DNA from: an uncultured Sulfurospirillum sp.
Lineage (GTDB): Bacteria; Campylobacterota; Campylobacteria; Campylobacterales; Sulfurospirillaceae
Length of the DNA stretch: 41,271 bases
Direction of reading: 5' to 3'
NCBI GenBank assembly: GCA_964563675.1
Contig: CAZLXQ010000001.1
Location: 1-41,271 of the forward strand
A program made the translations under genes and the position numbers. Below the pieces are notes generated by a model that was not told the origin of the DNA, ran no database searches, and saw only the letters and a list, made by a program, of their open reading frames with translations. Position 1 is the first letter of the stretch; each line of letters starts with the position of its first letter. Shown piece after piece: positions 27,386 to 38,227 of the stretch.

Positions 27386-28451
27386 TATACTAAGTCAAGA
27401 GGAGATTGATGCCCTTTTAGAAGTTGTTGAAGAGGATGGAGATACTGGAGCTATTGAAAGCACAGATGAGTCTGAAGAGCGTGAAATAATCCTATATGAC
27501 TTTAAGCGACCAAATAGAGTATCAAAAGAGCAACTTCGTGCCGTAAAAGGCATACATGATAAGATGGCAAGAAATCTTGCGGCTCAAGTTTCTGCGATTA
27601 TGAGAAGCATTGTGGAGATTCAGCTTCACTCTGTTGATCAAATGACTTATGGTGAGTTTTTGATGTCCCTGCCAAGCCCAACAAGCTTTAATGTTTTCTC
27701 TATAAAACCACTTGATGGGAGTTGTGTTATAGAGATAAACCCATCTATCGCTTTTCCTATAATAGATAGACTTCTTGGCGGTCTTGGTGAGTCTTATGAG
27801 TCAACAAGGGAGCTTACGGATATTGAGCTAAATCTTCTTGATGCGATTTTACGAGTCATTATGCAGCGACTCAAAGAGGCTTGGACTCCCATTACTGAAA
27901 TGTTTCCTAATGTAGACACCAAAGAGTCAAGTCCAAATGTTGTTCAAGTTGTATCTCAAAACGAGATTGTTATCATGGTTGTTATGGAGATCGCCATAGG
28001 AGGCTCAAGTGGCATGATAAATCTATGTTACCCCGTAATCCATCTTGAACCTATTCTTTCAAGATTAGCAAATAGAGATATCATGCTCGGAGATACTAGT
28101 GCAAAAAAAAGCAGAAACAAAGAGCTAAATGCACTTGTAGGGCGTGCTGAGGTTTTCAATGAAGCTATTTTAGGAGAGATGGATTTGAGTGTAGGAGAAC
28201 TGCTTGAGTTAGAAAAAGGTGATATAATTAGACTTGATCGCATAGCTGATAATCATGCTATCGTCTCAATAGATAAAAAAGATCTATTTTTAGCTGAAAT
28301 TGGGCTTCATAGATTTAGAAAATCTGTAAAGCTAAAAGAGCTAATAAGGACAGACAAAGATGAAGTTAAATCTACACTAGAGCAGCTAGAGATGAAGAGA
28401 ATGGAAAAAATATACTCCGCACCAGATACAGACACAAGGAGGGCGATATGA
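27378..28451 (+). CDS. fliM: Flagellar motor switch protein FliM
   Basis: MADILSQEEIDALL, YDFKRPNR, ELTDIE. Confidence 0.97.
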   Translation: MADILSQEEIDALLEVVEEDGDTGAIESTDESEEREIILYDFKRPNRVSKEQLRAVKGIHDKMARNLAAQVSAIMRSIVEIQLHSVDQMTYGEFLMSLPSPTSFNVFSIKPLDGSCVIEINPSIAFPIIDRLLGGLGESYESTRELTDIELNLLDAILRVIMQRLKEAWTPITEMFPNVDTKESSPNVVQVVSQNEIVIMVVMEIAIGGSSGMINLCYPVIHLEPILSRLANRDIMLGDTSAKKSRNKELNALVGRAEVFNEAILGEMDLSVGELLELEKGDIIRLDRIADNHAIVSIDKKDLFLAEIGLHRFRKSVKLKELIRTDKDEVKSTLEQLEMKRMEKIYSAPDTDTRRAI

Positions 28452-29311
28452 TATCAGAATTTATAAAGATACTTGAAGGCGAAATAGCCTCTACTATAGA
28501 GGGGTTGACAGGAATTGCTCCTAGTGTTGAGTTGCATAGTGAGCCTACCTCTAGTGCAAAAACTACTCTATCTCCGCCACTTGCTGTGCTAGATGTTGGC
28601 ACGAGTGGAAGTGTTGATGCAAATATGAGAGTTGCAATCTCAGCTGTACTCGCAACAGCACTTGGCGATATGATGCTTGGTGGTGAAGGTATAGAGAAAG
28701 AGGAGATGGACAATGATGACTTAGATGCCACAAAAGAGATTTTATCAAATATCTTAGGCTCATTTTCAACTGCTCTAAGTGGTCAAAAATCTATGCCAAA
28801 CTTAAGTTTTAACATAAATGACATAAGGTATATCGAAGCTACGGGAAATGTGAGTTTTGAGGGATTTACTAAAATTTTTGTATATAATGTGGGAGTGCAA
28901 AGCACTATCGAGAGTGTAGTATTTGGAATTGACTCCTCTTTGGAGAGTGTACTAGGTGTTAAAAAGCAAACAGAAGATGAAGTTGCTAAAGATAATAAGC
29001 CTGAAGAAGATAACTCAATAAAACCTCATGTTAGCTTGACTAAAGAAGAGGTAAAAAATATCGAACTCATAAAAGATGTAAGACTTCCTATAAGAGTGAG
29101 AATAGGGTCAAAAAAAATGCTCTTAAAAGATGTGCTTAGCATGGATATAGGCTCTGTTATAGAGCTAGACCAACTTGCCAACGATTCACTAGAGGTGCTT
29201 GTAGGCGATAAAATCATAGCTCAAGGAGAGGTTGTCATCATAGATGGTAATTTTGGCATCCAAATAAGTAAAATAGGGTCAAAAAAAGAACGACTAGAAA
29301 AATTAAGATAG
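28448..29311 (+). CDS. fliY: Flagellar motor switch protein FliY (CheC-like plus FliN domain)
   Basis: DATKEILSNI (ExxN) and C-terminal SPOA domain (IAQGEVVIIDGNFGIQI). Confidence 0.92.
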   Translation: MISEFIKILEGEIASTIEGLTGIAPSVELHSEPTSSAKTTLSPPLAVLDVGTSGSVDANMRVAISAVLATALGDMMLGGEGIEKEEMDNDDLDATKEILSNILGSFSTALSGQKSMPNLSFNINDIRYIEATGNVSFEGFTKIFVYNVGVQSTIESVVFGIDSSLESVLGVKKQTEDEVAKDNKPEEDNSIKPHVSLTKEEVKNIELIKDVRLPIRVRIGSKKMLLKDVLSMDIGSVIELDQLANDSLEVLVGDKIIAQGEVVIIDGNFGIQISKIGSKKERLEKLR

Positions 29312-30324
29312 TGAAAATACTTGTAGCGATGAGTGGTGGAGTTGACTCTACAGTTGTAGCATATAAGCTAAAACAAGAGGGCTACTACATAGAGGGTGTC
29401 TATATGAGGCTACATGATGATGAAGTTGCTCATAAGCAGAGTATAGAAAAAATCAAAAAAGTAGCTGATTTTTTAAAAATCAGATGGCATATACTTGATC
29501 TTTGTGAGAAATTCAATAGTTTTGTTTATAACCCTTTTGTAGATAGATACAAAGAGGGCTTAACACCAAATCCTTGTGTACTTTGCAATAGATATATAAA
29601 ACTAGGAGCACTATTAGACTTTGCTAAAAAACTCAATATGGACAGACTAGCTACGGGTCATTATGTTCGCATAGAGGATGGTTTTTTAGCTCAAGCAGTG
29701 GATGAAACTAAAGACCAAAGTTACTTCTTGGCAAATGCGAAAAAAGAGAGTTTAGATTTTATGCTTTTTCCTCTTGGAAATATGCTAAAAGAGGATGTAA
29801 AAAAATACGCCTCTACAATAGAGATTTTAAAAGAGTTTTCTACACAAAAAGAGAGTAGTGAGATTTGCTTTGTGCCCAATACATATACCGATATATTAAA
29901 AAAACATATGCAGATAGATAAACCAGGTAGTGTACTCAATAAAAAAGGTGAAGTGGTGGGAGAACATAAGGGCTACATGCACTACACCATAGGCAAGAGA
30001 AAGGGTTTTAGCGTAAGAGGTGCACTTAAGCCTCACTATGTAACAGCGATTAATTCAAAAACAAACGAGATAACAGTGGGCTTAAAAGAAGATTTAACCA
30101 CAAGTGAGTTTAAAATCAAAGAGATCAATATGTTTATTGAGGAGTTGGATTTTGAGTGTAGCGTAAAAGTAAGATATAGAGGTTTCAAAAGAGAGTGTAG
30201 GGTGCATATAGATGGCGATAGAGCTACTGTAAAACTTTATAAAGATGAGCAAGGAGTAGCAGCTGGACAAATGGCAGTTTTTTATAGAGACAACTTAGTT
30301 GTAGGTGGTGGATGGATAGAGTAA
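29311..30324 (+). CDS. mnmA: tRNA-specific 2-thiouridylase
   Basis: AMSGGVDS, PNPCVLCN, ATGHY, KDQSYFL, EICF, YTIGKRKG, GQMAVFY. Confidence 0.96.
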   Translation: MKILVAMSGGVDSTVVAYKLKQEGYYIEGVYMRLHDDEVAHKQSIEKIKKVADFLKIRWHILDLCEKFNSFVYNPFVDRYKEGLTPNPCVLCNRYIKLGALLDFAKKLNMDRLATGHYVRIEDGFLAQAVDETKDQSYFLANAKKESLDFMLFPLGNMLKEDVKKYASTIEILKEFSTQKESSEICFVPNTYTDILKKHMQIDKPGSVLNKKGEVVGEHKGYMHYTIGKRKGFSVRGALKPHYVTAINSKTNEITVGLKEDLTTSEFKIKEINMFIEELDFECSVKVRYRGFKRECRVHIDGDRATVKLYKDEQGVAAGQMAVFYRDNLVVGGGWIE

Positions 30325-30376
30325 TTTAAACATAATTTGGATACTATTATCTCTATTTATTAAACAGGACTACATA

Positions 30377-31291
30377 ATGCAAAAAGCTAAGTATATTTGG
30401 ATGGATGGAAAACTAACGGCTTGGGGTGAGGCTAATGTACATATCTTAACTCACACACTTCACTATGGCAATGGTGTTTTTGAGGGGACAAGAGCATATA
30501 TGACAGATGATGGGTTGGCGATTTTTAAGTTAAAGGAGCACACAAAAAGACTTTTAAACTCAGCAAAGATTACAAGAATAACTCCAAAATACTCTATTGA
30601 AGAGTTAGAAAAGGCTCAACTAGAGCTACTTCGATCAAATAACTTCAAGGCAAATGTGTACATTAGACCCTTAATCTATCTTGGCTATGGAGCTATGGGG
30701 CTTAGTCATGTGAAAGCTCCCATAAAAACCTCCATAGCTGCTTGGGAGTGGGGGAGCTATCTTGGCAAAGAGGGACTTGAGAAGGGCATAAGAGTCAAGA
30801 TATCCTCGTTTACTAGAAATCCTGTAAGCTCAACTATGGGAAAGGCAAAAGCGGTTGCAAATTATCTTAACTCACAAATGGCAAACTATGAGGCAGTCGA
30901 GGCTGGGTATGAAGAGGCTCTCTTGCTTGATAGTGAGGGGTTTATCGCCGAGGGAAGCGGAGAGTGCTTTTTTATAGTAAGAGATGGTGTTCTTATATCC
31001 CCTCCAAATGATACATCTTTAGAGAGTATCACTCAAGCTATGGTATTAGAGCTTGCAAAAAAAGCTAGGATTCCTATAGAGAGAAGAAAGATAACTAGAG
31101 ATGAGGTCTATATAGCTGATGAGGCATTTTTCACAGGGACTGCTGCTGAGGTAACTCCTATAAGAGATGTTGATAATTATGTGATAGGAGATGGTAAGAG
31201 AGGAGAGATAACAGCTAAACTTCAAGCTGCTTATTTTGATGTTGTTTATGGAAGAAATTTGAAATATAAACACTTGTTAACTTATATTTAG
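30377..31291 (+). CDS. ilvE: Branched-chain amino acid aminotransferase
   Basis: LHYGNGVFEG, YIRP, AKAVANYLNS, EGSGE, LESIT, FFTGTAAEVTP. Confidence 0.96.
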   Translation: MQKAKYIWMDGKLTAWGEANVHILTHTLHYGNGVFEGTRAYMTDDGLAIFKLKEHTKRLLNSAKITRITPKYSIEELEKAQLELLRSNNFKANVYIRPLIYLGYGAMGLSHVKAPIKTSIAAWEWGSYLGKEGLEKGIRVKISSFTRNPVSSTMGKAKAVANYLNSQMANYEAVEAGYEEALLLDSEGFIAEGSGECFFIVRDGVLISPPNDTSLESITQAMVLELAKKARIPIERRKITRDEVYIADEAFFTGTAAEVTPIRDVDNYVIGDGKRGEITAKLQAAYFDVVYGRNLKYKHLLTYI

Positions 31292-31330
31292 ATACAATAA
31301 CAAAAAATTTAACTTAAAAGGGTAGAGAGT

Positions 31331-32431
31331 ATGCCAGCAGACTTGAATGATTATTTCAAAAAAAAAGGTGCCAGTAGTGGCGGTGGAAATAGTGGTGGAG
31401 GTGGAGGCAATAGACGCCCTCCAAATATAAACTTAGAGCCTCCAGAGTTTTTTAAAAAATTAGGCAAAAAAGCTTGGATGTTGTATGCGGTCATCGGTTT
31501 AGTTGTGTTTTTTATAGTTGCTAAGCCTTTTGTTGTAATTAACTCTGGTGAAGTTGGGATTAAAGCGACTACTGGTAAGTTTGAGCCGATTGCAATGCAA
31601 CCTGGTTTTCATATGTTTATACCATTTATCCAGAAGGTTTTTGTGGTTGATACAAAAGTAAGGATTATGAACTTTACATCAGTTGAAGATATTACAGCTT
31701 TTAATCAAAGGGGCTCAGGCATCATATCTAACGATGCAATTACGGTTCTTGATAACCGTGGTCTTCCTGTATCCATTGACTTAACAGTTCAGTACAAACT
31801 TGATGCTGCTTCAGCTCCTCAAACGATGGCTACATGGGGCTTAACTTGGGAAGATAAAATCATAAGCCCTGTTGTAAGAGATGTTGTAAGAAGTGTTATA
31901 GGTCAATTTACAGCAGAAAACTTACCTCAAAAGAGAAATGAGATAGCTATAGGCATAGAGAGAGACATAAGAAAAAAGATTGAAGCTCAGCCAGGTCAGC
32001 CGGTACAGCTTTTGACAGTTCAGATGAGAGAGATTATACTTCCTCTAAGAATTCAAGAGCAGATAGAGAAAGTTCAAGTAGCCAAACAAGAGGTAGAGAG
32101 AGCTAGACATGAAGTTGAGAGAGCTAAACAAGAGGCACTTAAAGTTGCGGCTATCGCTGAGGGTGCTGCCCAAGCTAGAGAGATTCAAGCACAAGGTCAA
32201 GCAAATGCTATAAAGATAGAGGCTGATGCAAATGCCTATGCAAATATCGAAGTAGCAAAAAGCTTAACTGGTGAGCTCCTCAAACTAAGACAGATAGAGG
32301 TTCAAGGCAAGTTTAACGAAGCACTTCAAGTAAATACAGATGCTAAGATATTCCTAACGCCTGGTGGAGCAGTTCCAAACATCTGGGTAGATACTAAAAA
32401 TACACAGCAAACCGCAGCCATAACTAACTAA
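31331..32431 (+). CDS. SPFH/prohibitin (band 7) family membrane protein
   Basis: Gly-rich N-terminus, TM helix, [14 protein letters not shown]-terminal AE-rich coiled coil. Confidence 0.92.
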   Translation: MPADLNDYFKKKGASSGGGNSGGGGGNRRPPNINLEPPEFFKKLGKKAWMLYAVIGLVVFFIVAKPFVVINSGEVGIKATTGKFEPIAMQPGFHMFIPFIQKVFVVDTKVRIMNFTSVEDITAFNQRGSGIISNDAITVLDNRGLPVSIDLTVQYKLDAASAPQTMATWGLTWEDKIISPVVRDVVRSVIGQFTAENLPQKRNEIAIGIERDIRKKIEAQPGQPVQLLTVQMREIILPLRIQEQIEKVQVAKQEVERARHEVERAKQEALKVAAIAEGAAQAREIQAQGQANAIKIEADANAYANIEVAKSLTGELLKLRQIEVQGKFNEALQVNTDAKIFLTPGGAVPNIWVDTKNTQQTAAITN

Positions 32432-33096
32432 TGCTAAAGAGCATAGACTGGTCAAAAAATAGTCTAATTCCTGTAGTTACACAGGAGTTAGACTCTGGCA
32501 AAGTTCTAATGCTAGCATATATAAACAAAGAGGCTTTAGAGCTTACATGCGATACAAATTTAGCTCACTACTACTCAAGAAGTAGAAAAAAAATCTGGAA
32601 AAAAGGCGAAAGTAGTGGGAATATTCAACATGTAAAAGAGATCTATCTTGATTGTGATTTAGATACAATTTTACTCAAAGTCATTCAAGATGGTGAAGCT
32701 GCTTGCCACACAGGACGAAAATCATGTTTTTTCAATAGAGTTGATATTGATGAGACTCCTAGTGCTATTTTGCAAAATATGGACTCATATAGTATAAGCG
32801 ATAGATTATACCACACAATTCAAGAGAGAAAATTAGCTGACCCAAAAAAGTCCTATGTAGCTTCACTTCTAGAAAAAGGGGATAATTCCATACTTAAAAA
32901 AGTAGCTGAAGAGGCTAGTGAGTTTAGTTTTGCAGTAAAAGATGGTGATGAAAAAGAGATTATATATGAAGCGGCAGATTTAGTTTTTCATACTTTAGTC
33001 GCACTTGCTCATAAAAATATAAACCCTGATTTGGTAAAACAAGAGCTAAAAAGAAGATTTGGACTTAGTGGCATAGAAGAGAAAAACTCAAGGTAG
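32431..33096 (+). CDS. hisIE: Bifunctional phosphoribosyl-AMP cyclohydrolase / phosphoribosyl-ATP pyrophosphatase
   Basis: [31 protein letters not shown]; KKVAEE...EAADLVFH. Confidence 0.96.
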   Translation: MLKSIDWSKNSLIPVVTQELDSGKVLMLAYINKEALELTCDTNLAHYYSRSRKKIWKKGESSGNIQHVKEIYLDCDLDTILLKVIQDGEAACHTGRKSCFFNRVDIDETPSAILQNMDSYSISDRLYHTIQERKLADPKKSYVASLLEKGDNSILKKVAEEASEFSFAVKDGDEKEIIYEAADLVFHTLVALAHKNINPDLVKQELKRRFGLSGIEEKNSR

Positions 33097-33100
33097 TATC

Positions 33101-33637
33101 ATGTCAAACCTAGATAGGCTTAAGGCTTCGATTTTAGTTTATATTGATCATTTTACTACTTATGACTATATTGCATATGCATGGTTAGCTCTTCTGTTTT
33201 TTATTACGATTTTACTATCTATTTTGATGGCAAAAAAAAGTCCCATTTTTTCAATTTTAATTTTTATGATTTCTTTGATGCTCCTGCTTATTGGACCATT
33301 TGTACTTAAGCACTATCTCAACGAACATTTACGACCTTCATTTAGCACCTTAATAGAGACAAAAAAACTAAACTTTTCAGACACACTTATAGTCACAGGA
33401 AGTGTTAAGAATATATCAAAAAATAGCTTCTCAATATGTAAAATTGATGTAGCTGTACTAAAAAGTAGTGACAATAGCATAGAGAATCTCTTGAGTCGAC
33501 TAAAGCCATTAAGAAAAAAGACGATAGTTATAGATGAGGTCATAGAGACAAACAGAACAAAAGAGTTTAAGGCTATTTTTGATGGGTATAGATTCTTAGA
33601 AGATATAAATATCTCATTAAAATCAGAATGTTACTAA
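33101..33637 (+). CDS. DUF2393-like membrane protein
   Basis: Two TM helices followed by an Ig-like domain (G.VKN....C) ending in CY. Confidence 0.7.
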   Translation: MSNLDRLKASILVYIDHFTTYDYIAYAWLALLFFITILLSILMAKKSPIFSILIFMISLMLLLIGPFVLKHYLNEHLRPSFSTLIETKKLNFSDTLIVTGSVKNISKNSFSICKIDVAVLKSSDNSIENLLSRLKPLRKKTIVIDEVIETNRTKEFKAIFDGYRFLEDINISLKSECY

Positions 33638-33654
33638 AAAAAGGAGGGAATTAG

Positions 33655-34191
33655 ATGGCATATTTTACTATTCTACATTGGTTTGCTCTTCTCATTCTTT
33701 TAGTTGTATTTACTCTATTTTGTGTGATTGCACTAAGGCAGACAGATAGAAAGATTATAATACCGATGCTATTTTCAAATTTTCTTGTTATTGTCTTGAT
33801 GGCTGTATCTTCTATGTTTATACTAGACAAATACACAAAAGTAGCAGAGCTTGAAAATGTGATTCAAGAGCGTGTTCTTATAACAGAGTCATTTACGCTA
33901 AGAGGGCAGATAAGAAATACAGGAAATTTCAATATAGGAAGATGCAAACTAAAGGTAAAACTTGTCAATAATGCTATGACTGGGGGTGGCATAACAGGTG
34001 CACAAGTATTTTCTCCATCTGGATTTAGCCTTTTTTCTATGAAAAGAGATGAGAGACCCTCTACTATAGTCAATGAATTTATAATCGCAAGAGACTTTCA
34101 TAAAGGAGAGCTTAGAAACTTTTCAGTTTCAATGCCATTTCCTCCATACTTCAGAAATCCTTTTATGAACTATAAGCTCTACTGCCGCTAA
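33655..34191 (+). CDS. DUF2393-like membrane protein (paralog)
   Basis: YFTILHW, two TMs, LDKYTK, GQIRNTG....C, terminal CR. Confidence 0.7.
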   Translation: MAYFTILHWFALLILLVVFTLFCVIALRQTDRKIIIPMLFSNFLVIVLMAVSSMFILDKYTKVAELENVIQERVLITESFTLRGQIRNTGNFNIGRCKLKVKLVNNAMTGGGITGAQVFSPSGFSLFSMKRDERPSTIVNEFIIARDFHKGELRNFSVSMPFPPYFRNPFMNYKLYCR

Positions 34192-34212
34192 CAAATCTCT
34201 TGCAGTGGTCTC

Positions 34213-35169
34213 CTAGTAGTTGTAGCCCTCTTTTTGAAGTGCCTTTTTTATACTAAACATCTGTTTGTGTTTATCATAGCACCAGCTAGGAGAGAGCAGA
34301 CTATCATCACTCACACCGGCACTTACTCTTTGTATCATCATCTCTTGAGGTACCATTTTGATAGTTTTTACTAGAGTGTCTATATATAGCTCTTCGCTTA
34401 TGGGAGTAAACTTCCCTTTTTTAAAATCACTTGCAAGTGCTGTTTTTTTTACAACATATAGTGGGTGGATTTTTATAGACTCAACTTCTAAATCAATGGC
34501 AGCTTGAACACTATTTAGCATCATCTCTTGAGACTCTTTAGGAAGACCAAATATAAGATGAATGCATGTTTTTAATCCATATCTCCTCGTCTTTCTTATC
34601 TGCTCTATAACCTCCTCTATCTTCTCTGCTCTATTGATTCTTTCTAGTGTTTTATTGTCGGTTGACTGGATGCCATACTCTATCCAGACCTCTTTAGTCT
34701 TTGACTTTTCACCTAAATACTCTAGCAACCTATCTTCAACACAATCAGCCCTAGTGCCTATACTTATACCAATCGTGTCTTCTAGCTCAAATGCTCTATC
34801 GTAAAGAGCTTTTAGTGTATCAAATGGGGCATAAGTATTTGTAAATGATTGAAAATAGACTAAAAACTTTTTGGCACTAAATTTTTTTGATAATTTTATC
34901 TTGCTTTGATTGAATTGAGATTCAAGTTGTGCTATTTGTGAGATTAAAAAAGGATTACTCAAGGAGTTTATGTTTAAAGAGGTGCCTTTTAGTTTTTGCA
35001 CTCCAAGATTTGGACTAAAAGACTCATTTTCACAAAATATACAACCACCACGAGCCTTAGTTCCATCTATGTTTGGACAAGTAAACCCATGTAGTGATAT
35101 AGGAGTCTTGTATACATTGACACCATATTTTTTACGGAAGTATTTTCCCGCAGTCAGCACCTCTTGCAT
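34213..35169 (-). CDS. TIGR01212 family radical SAM protein (YhcC-like)
   Basis: GFTCPNIDG....GCIFC, YFQSFTNTY, GTRADC, EYGIQS, HLIFGLP, IKIHPL. Confidence 0.92.
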   Translation of the reverse strand: MQEVLTAGKYFRKKYGVNVYKTPISLHGFTCPNIDGTKARGGCIFCENESFSPNLGVQKLKGTSLNINSLSNPFLISQIAQLESQFNQSKIKLSKKFSAKKFLVYFQSFTNTYAPFDTLKALYDRAFELEDTIGISIGTRADCVEDRLLEYLGEKSKTKEVWIEYGIQSTDNKTLERINRAEKIEEVIEQIRKTRRYGLKTCIHLIFGLPKESQEMMLNSVQAAIDLEVESIKIHPLYVVKKTALASDFKKGKFTPISEELYIDTLVKTIKMVPQEMMIQRVSAGVSDDSLLSPSWCYDKHKQMFSIKKALQKEGYNY

Positions 35170-36506
35170 TATGTGATGAAATAGTTTCCATCAAAACTGA
35201 CTAAAGAGTAGTTTCTCTCATCACCAAGACTTTTTTTTAGTGCATCAATACTTAAAAAGTCCAGGGAGTCTGCATTGATATAGCTCTTCACCTCCTTTAT
35301 GTTATAGTTTGCACTTATAAGCTCTTTATAGCTTGGTGTATCTATGCCATATCTACAGGGATGCTCTATGGTTGGTGAAGCTATGCGCATATGAACTTCG
35401 CCCACTCCTGCCTCTTTTAAAATTCTAATAATTCTTTTTGCAGTCGTTCCTCTTACAATGCTGTCATCTATAATCACTATTTTTTTACCTTTTAAAAGCG
35501 AAACTATAGGAGATAGTTTTAGCTTGACTTTCATGTCGCGTCTCTCTTGAGTTGGCTCTATAAAAGTTCTTCCAACATAGTGGTTTCTCACAATCCCCAT
35601 CTCAAAAGGGATACCGCTCTCTTGGGCATACCCAAGTGCTGCACTCACTCCACTATCAGGAACTGGTATAACTAAATCAGCATCAACCTTGCACTCTCTT
35701 GCTAGTGCTCTTCCCATCTCTTTTCTAATCGCATACACATTTTTACCCTCAATATCACTATCAGGTCTTGCAAAATATATATACTCAAAAGCACATATAT
35801 GAGGGTCTGGTTCAAAAAGTTGGATTGATTTAAACTCATCACAGCCCTTTTCGAAGATTATCATCTCTCCTGGCTTGATATCTCTGACAAACTTAGCTCC
35901 AACTAAATCAAAAGCACAAGTTTCACTAGAGGCTATATATCCACCATCTTTAAGACGACCCAAGCTAAAAGGGCGAATCCCATATCTATCTCTTATGGCA
36001 AACATCTTGCTTCTACTTTGAATGCAAAGACAGTATGCTCCTTTTATGACCTCTAAAGCCTCTATAATCCTATCTCTTAGCCTCTCTTTTTGACTCCTTG
36101 CTATGAGATGAATTATATTTTCTGTATCCATAGAGGATTGAAAGATGGCTCCTTGCTCTATCAGTGAGCTTCTTACCTCATTTTTATTTATCAAATTGCC
36201 ATTGTGAGCTATAGATATTTCACCTAGCTGATAGTTTGCAAAAACTGGTTGAGCATCTACAACAGACTCACTTCCTGCTGTTGAGTATCTATTATGACCT
36301 ATCGCCATGTGGCCTTTGAGTCTATGAAGTGTAGATTCATCAAAAACATCAGTCACTAAACCTCTTCTTTTGATTGTTGTTATGTGTTTACCATCGCTAC
36401 AGCTTATTCCTGTCGCTTCTTGTCCGCGATGCTGCATAGCAAACAGCGCATAGTAGGCTACTCTTGAGGCTTCAGTGTTGCCAAAAACTCCAACAACTGC
36501 ACACAC
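35169..36506 (-). CDS. purF: Amidophosphoribosyltransferase
   Basis: N-terminal Cys nucleophile, QHRGQE, GHNRYST, HNGNL, FEYIYFARPDS, IDDSIVRGTT. Confidence 0.98.
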   Translation of the reverse strand: MCAVVGVFGNTEASRVAYYALFAMQHRGQEATGISCSDGKHITTIKRRGLVTDVFDESTLHRLKGHMAIGHNRYSTAGSESVVDAQPVFANYQLGEISIAHNGNLINKNEVRSSLIEQGAIFQSSMDTENIIHLIARSQKERLRDRIIEALEVIKGAYCLCIQSRSKMFAIRDRYGIRPFSLGRLKDGGYIASSETCAFDLVGAKFVRDIKPGEMIIFEKGCDEFKSIQLFEPDPHICAFEYIYFARPDSDIEGKNVYAIRKEMGRALARECKVDADLVIPVPDSGVSAALGYAQESGIPFEMGIVRNHYVGRTFIEPTQERRDMKVKLKLSPIVSLLKGKKIVIIDDSIVRGTTAKRIIRILKEAGVGEVHMRIASPTIEHPCRYGIDTPSYKELISANYNIKEVKSYINADSLDFLSIDALKKSLGDERNYSLVSFDGNYFIT

Positions 36507-37276
36507 TAATTTAGTCCCAAACAGTCACTTATGTGATACAAGCCATTTGACTGATTAACTATCCATTTTGTTGCTTTAATTGCACCTTTTGCAAAAGTAT
36601 CTCTGCTAGTCGCAGTATGATTTAACTCTATAAATTCACCATCATTATAAAAACCTACAGTATGACGACCCACTATATCACCACCCCTTAGAGCCATAAC
36701 AGCAATCTCATCTTTACTTCTTTCGCCAACAAGTCCATCTCTTCCACTAACTCTTACAGCATCAAGTTCAAGTCCTCGACCTCTTGCGGCATGCTCTCCA
36801 AGAGTGATAGCAGTTCCACTTGGCGCATCTTTTTTATATCTATGATGCTGCTCAACTATCTCTATATCAAAATCACTAAGACTTTTTGAAGCTAACTCTA
36901 CAAGCTTGTTCATTACAGCAATTCCTAGTGACATATTGGTAGAGTAGAGAATCGGCATTTTTGTACTAGCCTCCCTTAAAAGATTCAGCTGATGAGAGCT
37001 TAGACCAGTCGTTCCTATAACTAGAGGGGTTGGGTTTGTTAAGGCAGCTTCTAAAAGAGTCTCGACTCCAGCAGCAATAGTAAAATCTATAACAACATCA
37101 CTCTTCTCTAAAAGAGTGGCTGTTTTGTCTGTAATCTTTACATCATCAGGAAGCGCAAAGCTAAACTTTTCAATAGCATGGAGCATGTAGGGTCGTGCTT
37201 TTTCATCTTTTTTCAGATTCTCTATCAAAAGCTCTCCAACCCTGCCTGTTGAGCCGTGAATTCCTACATTTATCAC
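36506..37276 (-). CDS. dapB: 4-hydroxy-tetrahydrodipicolinate reductase
   Basis: [39 protein letters not shown]. Confidence 0.97.
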   Translation of the reverse strand: MINVGIHGSTGRVGELLIENLKKDEKARPYMLHAIEKFSFALPDDVKITDKTATLLEKSDVVIDFTIAAGVETLLEAALTNPTPLVIGTTGLSSHQLNLLREASTKMPILYSTNMSLGIAVMNKLVELASKSLSDFDIEIVEQHHRYKKDAPSGTAITLGEHAARGRGLELDAVRVSGRDGLVGERSKDEIAVMALRGGDIVGRHTVGFYNDGEFIELNHTATSRDTFAKGAIKATKWIVNQSNGLYHISDCLGLN

Positions 37277-37285
37277 AAAAACTCC

Positions 37286-38218
37286 TTAATTATTGATGTA
37301 CTCTATCGCCTGTATACCTGCTATCGCACCATCTCCAGCCGCACTTACCACCTGTTTTGGAGCATCTATTCTTATATCTCCAGCTGCAAACAGTCCCTTA
37401 ACGGAGGTTTTCATCTTCAAGTCAACTATTACATTTCCACTTTTATCTAAATCGCATAAGTAATTTCCGTCAGCTTGTTTTAAGATAGAGTTGTTTACAT
37501 TCATACCAACAAAAACAAAAATTCCAGGCACATCTAAAGCTCTCTTATTGTCTTGCTTATCGGTAACAACAACACCTGTAACACCCATCTTATCACCGAC
37601 TATCTCTTTAACATTTGAGTTTAAAATCAGCTCAATTTTTTCACAGCTCTTCACCTTTTCTATTGTTATTGGTGAAGCCCTAAATGTGTCTCTTCTATGA
37701 ATTAGATATACTTTTGAGCATATGTTTGCAAGATATAGTGCCTCTTCAAGAGCTGTATCACCACCCCCTAAAACTGCAACCTCTTTGCCTTTGTAGAAAA
37801 ATCCATCACATGTAGCACAAGTGCTAACTCCTTTTCCAAAAAACTCATCTTCGCCTTTAATTCCTGCTCGCCTTGGTGTGCTTCCTGTTGAGATTAAAAC
37901 ACTCTTAGCCTCTACAACCTCTCCGCTAAGAAGCTCAATTTTGAAAGTGTCCACCTCTTTACTAATTCTGCCAACCTCTTCCATGCGGTGCTTCATGCCA
38001 AATCTCATGCACTGCTCTGGCCACGGCTCCATAAGCTCCATACCAGTTACTTCATGAGCAATTCCGGGATAATTCTCTATCTCACTACTTCCTGTTATCT
38101 GCCCACCTGGCATACCTTTTTCAAACATCACTACGGCTTTAAGTCCACCACGAGTTGCATACATGCCCGCTGTTAAACCAGCAGGACCTCCACCTATTAT
38201 CGCTAAATCAAGCATCAT
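37286..38218 (-). CDS. trxB: Thioredoxin reductase
   Basis: GGGPAG, CATCDG, GGGDTA, HRRD, FAAGD. Confidence 0.97.
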   Translation of the reverse strand: MMLDLAIIGGGPAGLTAGMYATRGGLKAVVMFEKGMPGGQITGSSEIENYPGIAHEVTGMELMEPWPEQCMRFGMKHRMEEVGRISKEVDTFKIELLSGEVVEAKSVLISTGSTPRRAGIKGEDEFFGKGVSTCATCDGFFYKGKEVAVLGGGDTALEEALYLANICSKVYLIHRRDTFRASPITIEKVKSCEKIELILNSNVKEIVGDKMGVTGVVVTDKQDNKRALDVPGIFVFVGMNVNNSILKQADGNYLCDLDKSGNVIVDLKMKTSVKGLFAAGDIRIDAPKQVVSAAGDGAIAGIQAIEYINN

Positions 38219-38227
38219 TGTTTTCCC

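Noticed and set aside
31373-31410. GGT/GGA-rich repeat in the SPFH gene
   Set aside because: It simply encodes a Gly-rich N-terminal linker.
33101-34191. Tandem DUF2393 paralogs after hisIE
   Set aside because: I recall this as a common Campylobacterales arrangement, and nothing unusual is visible here.
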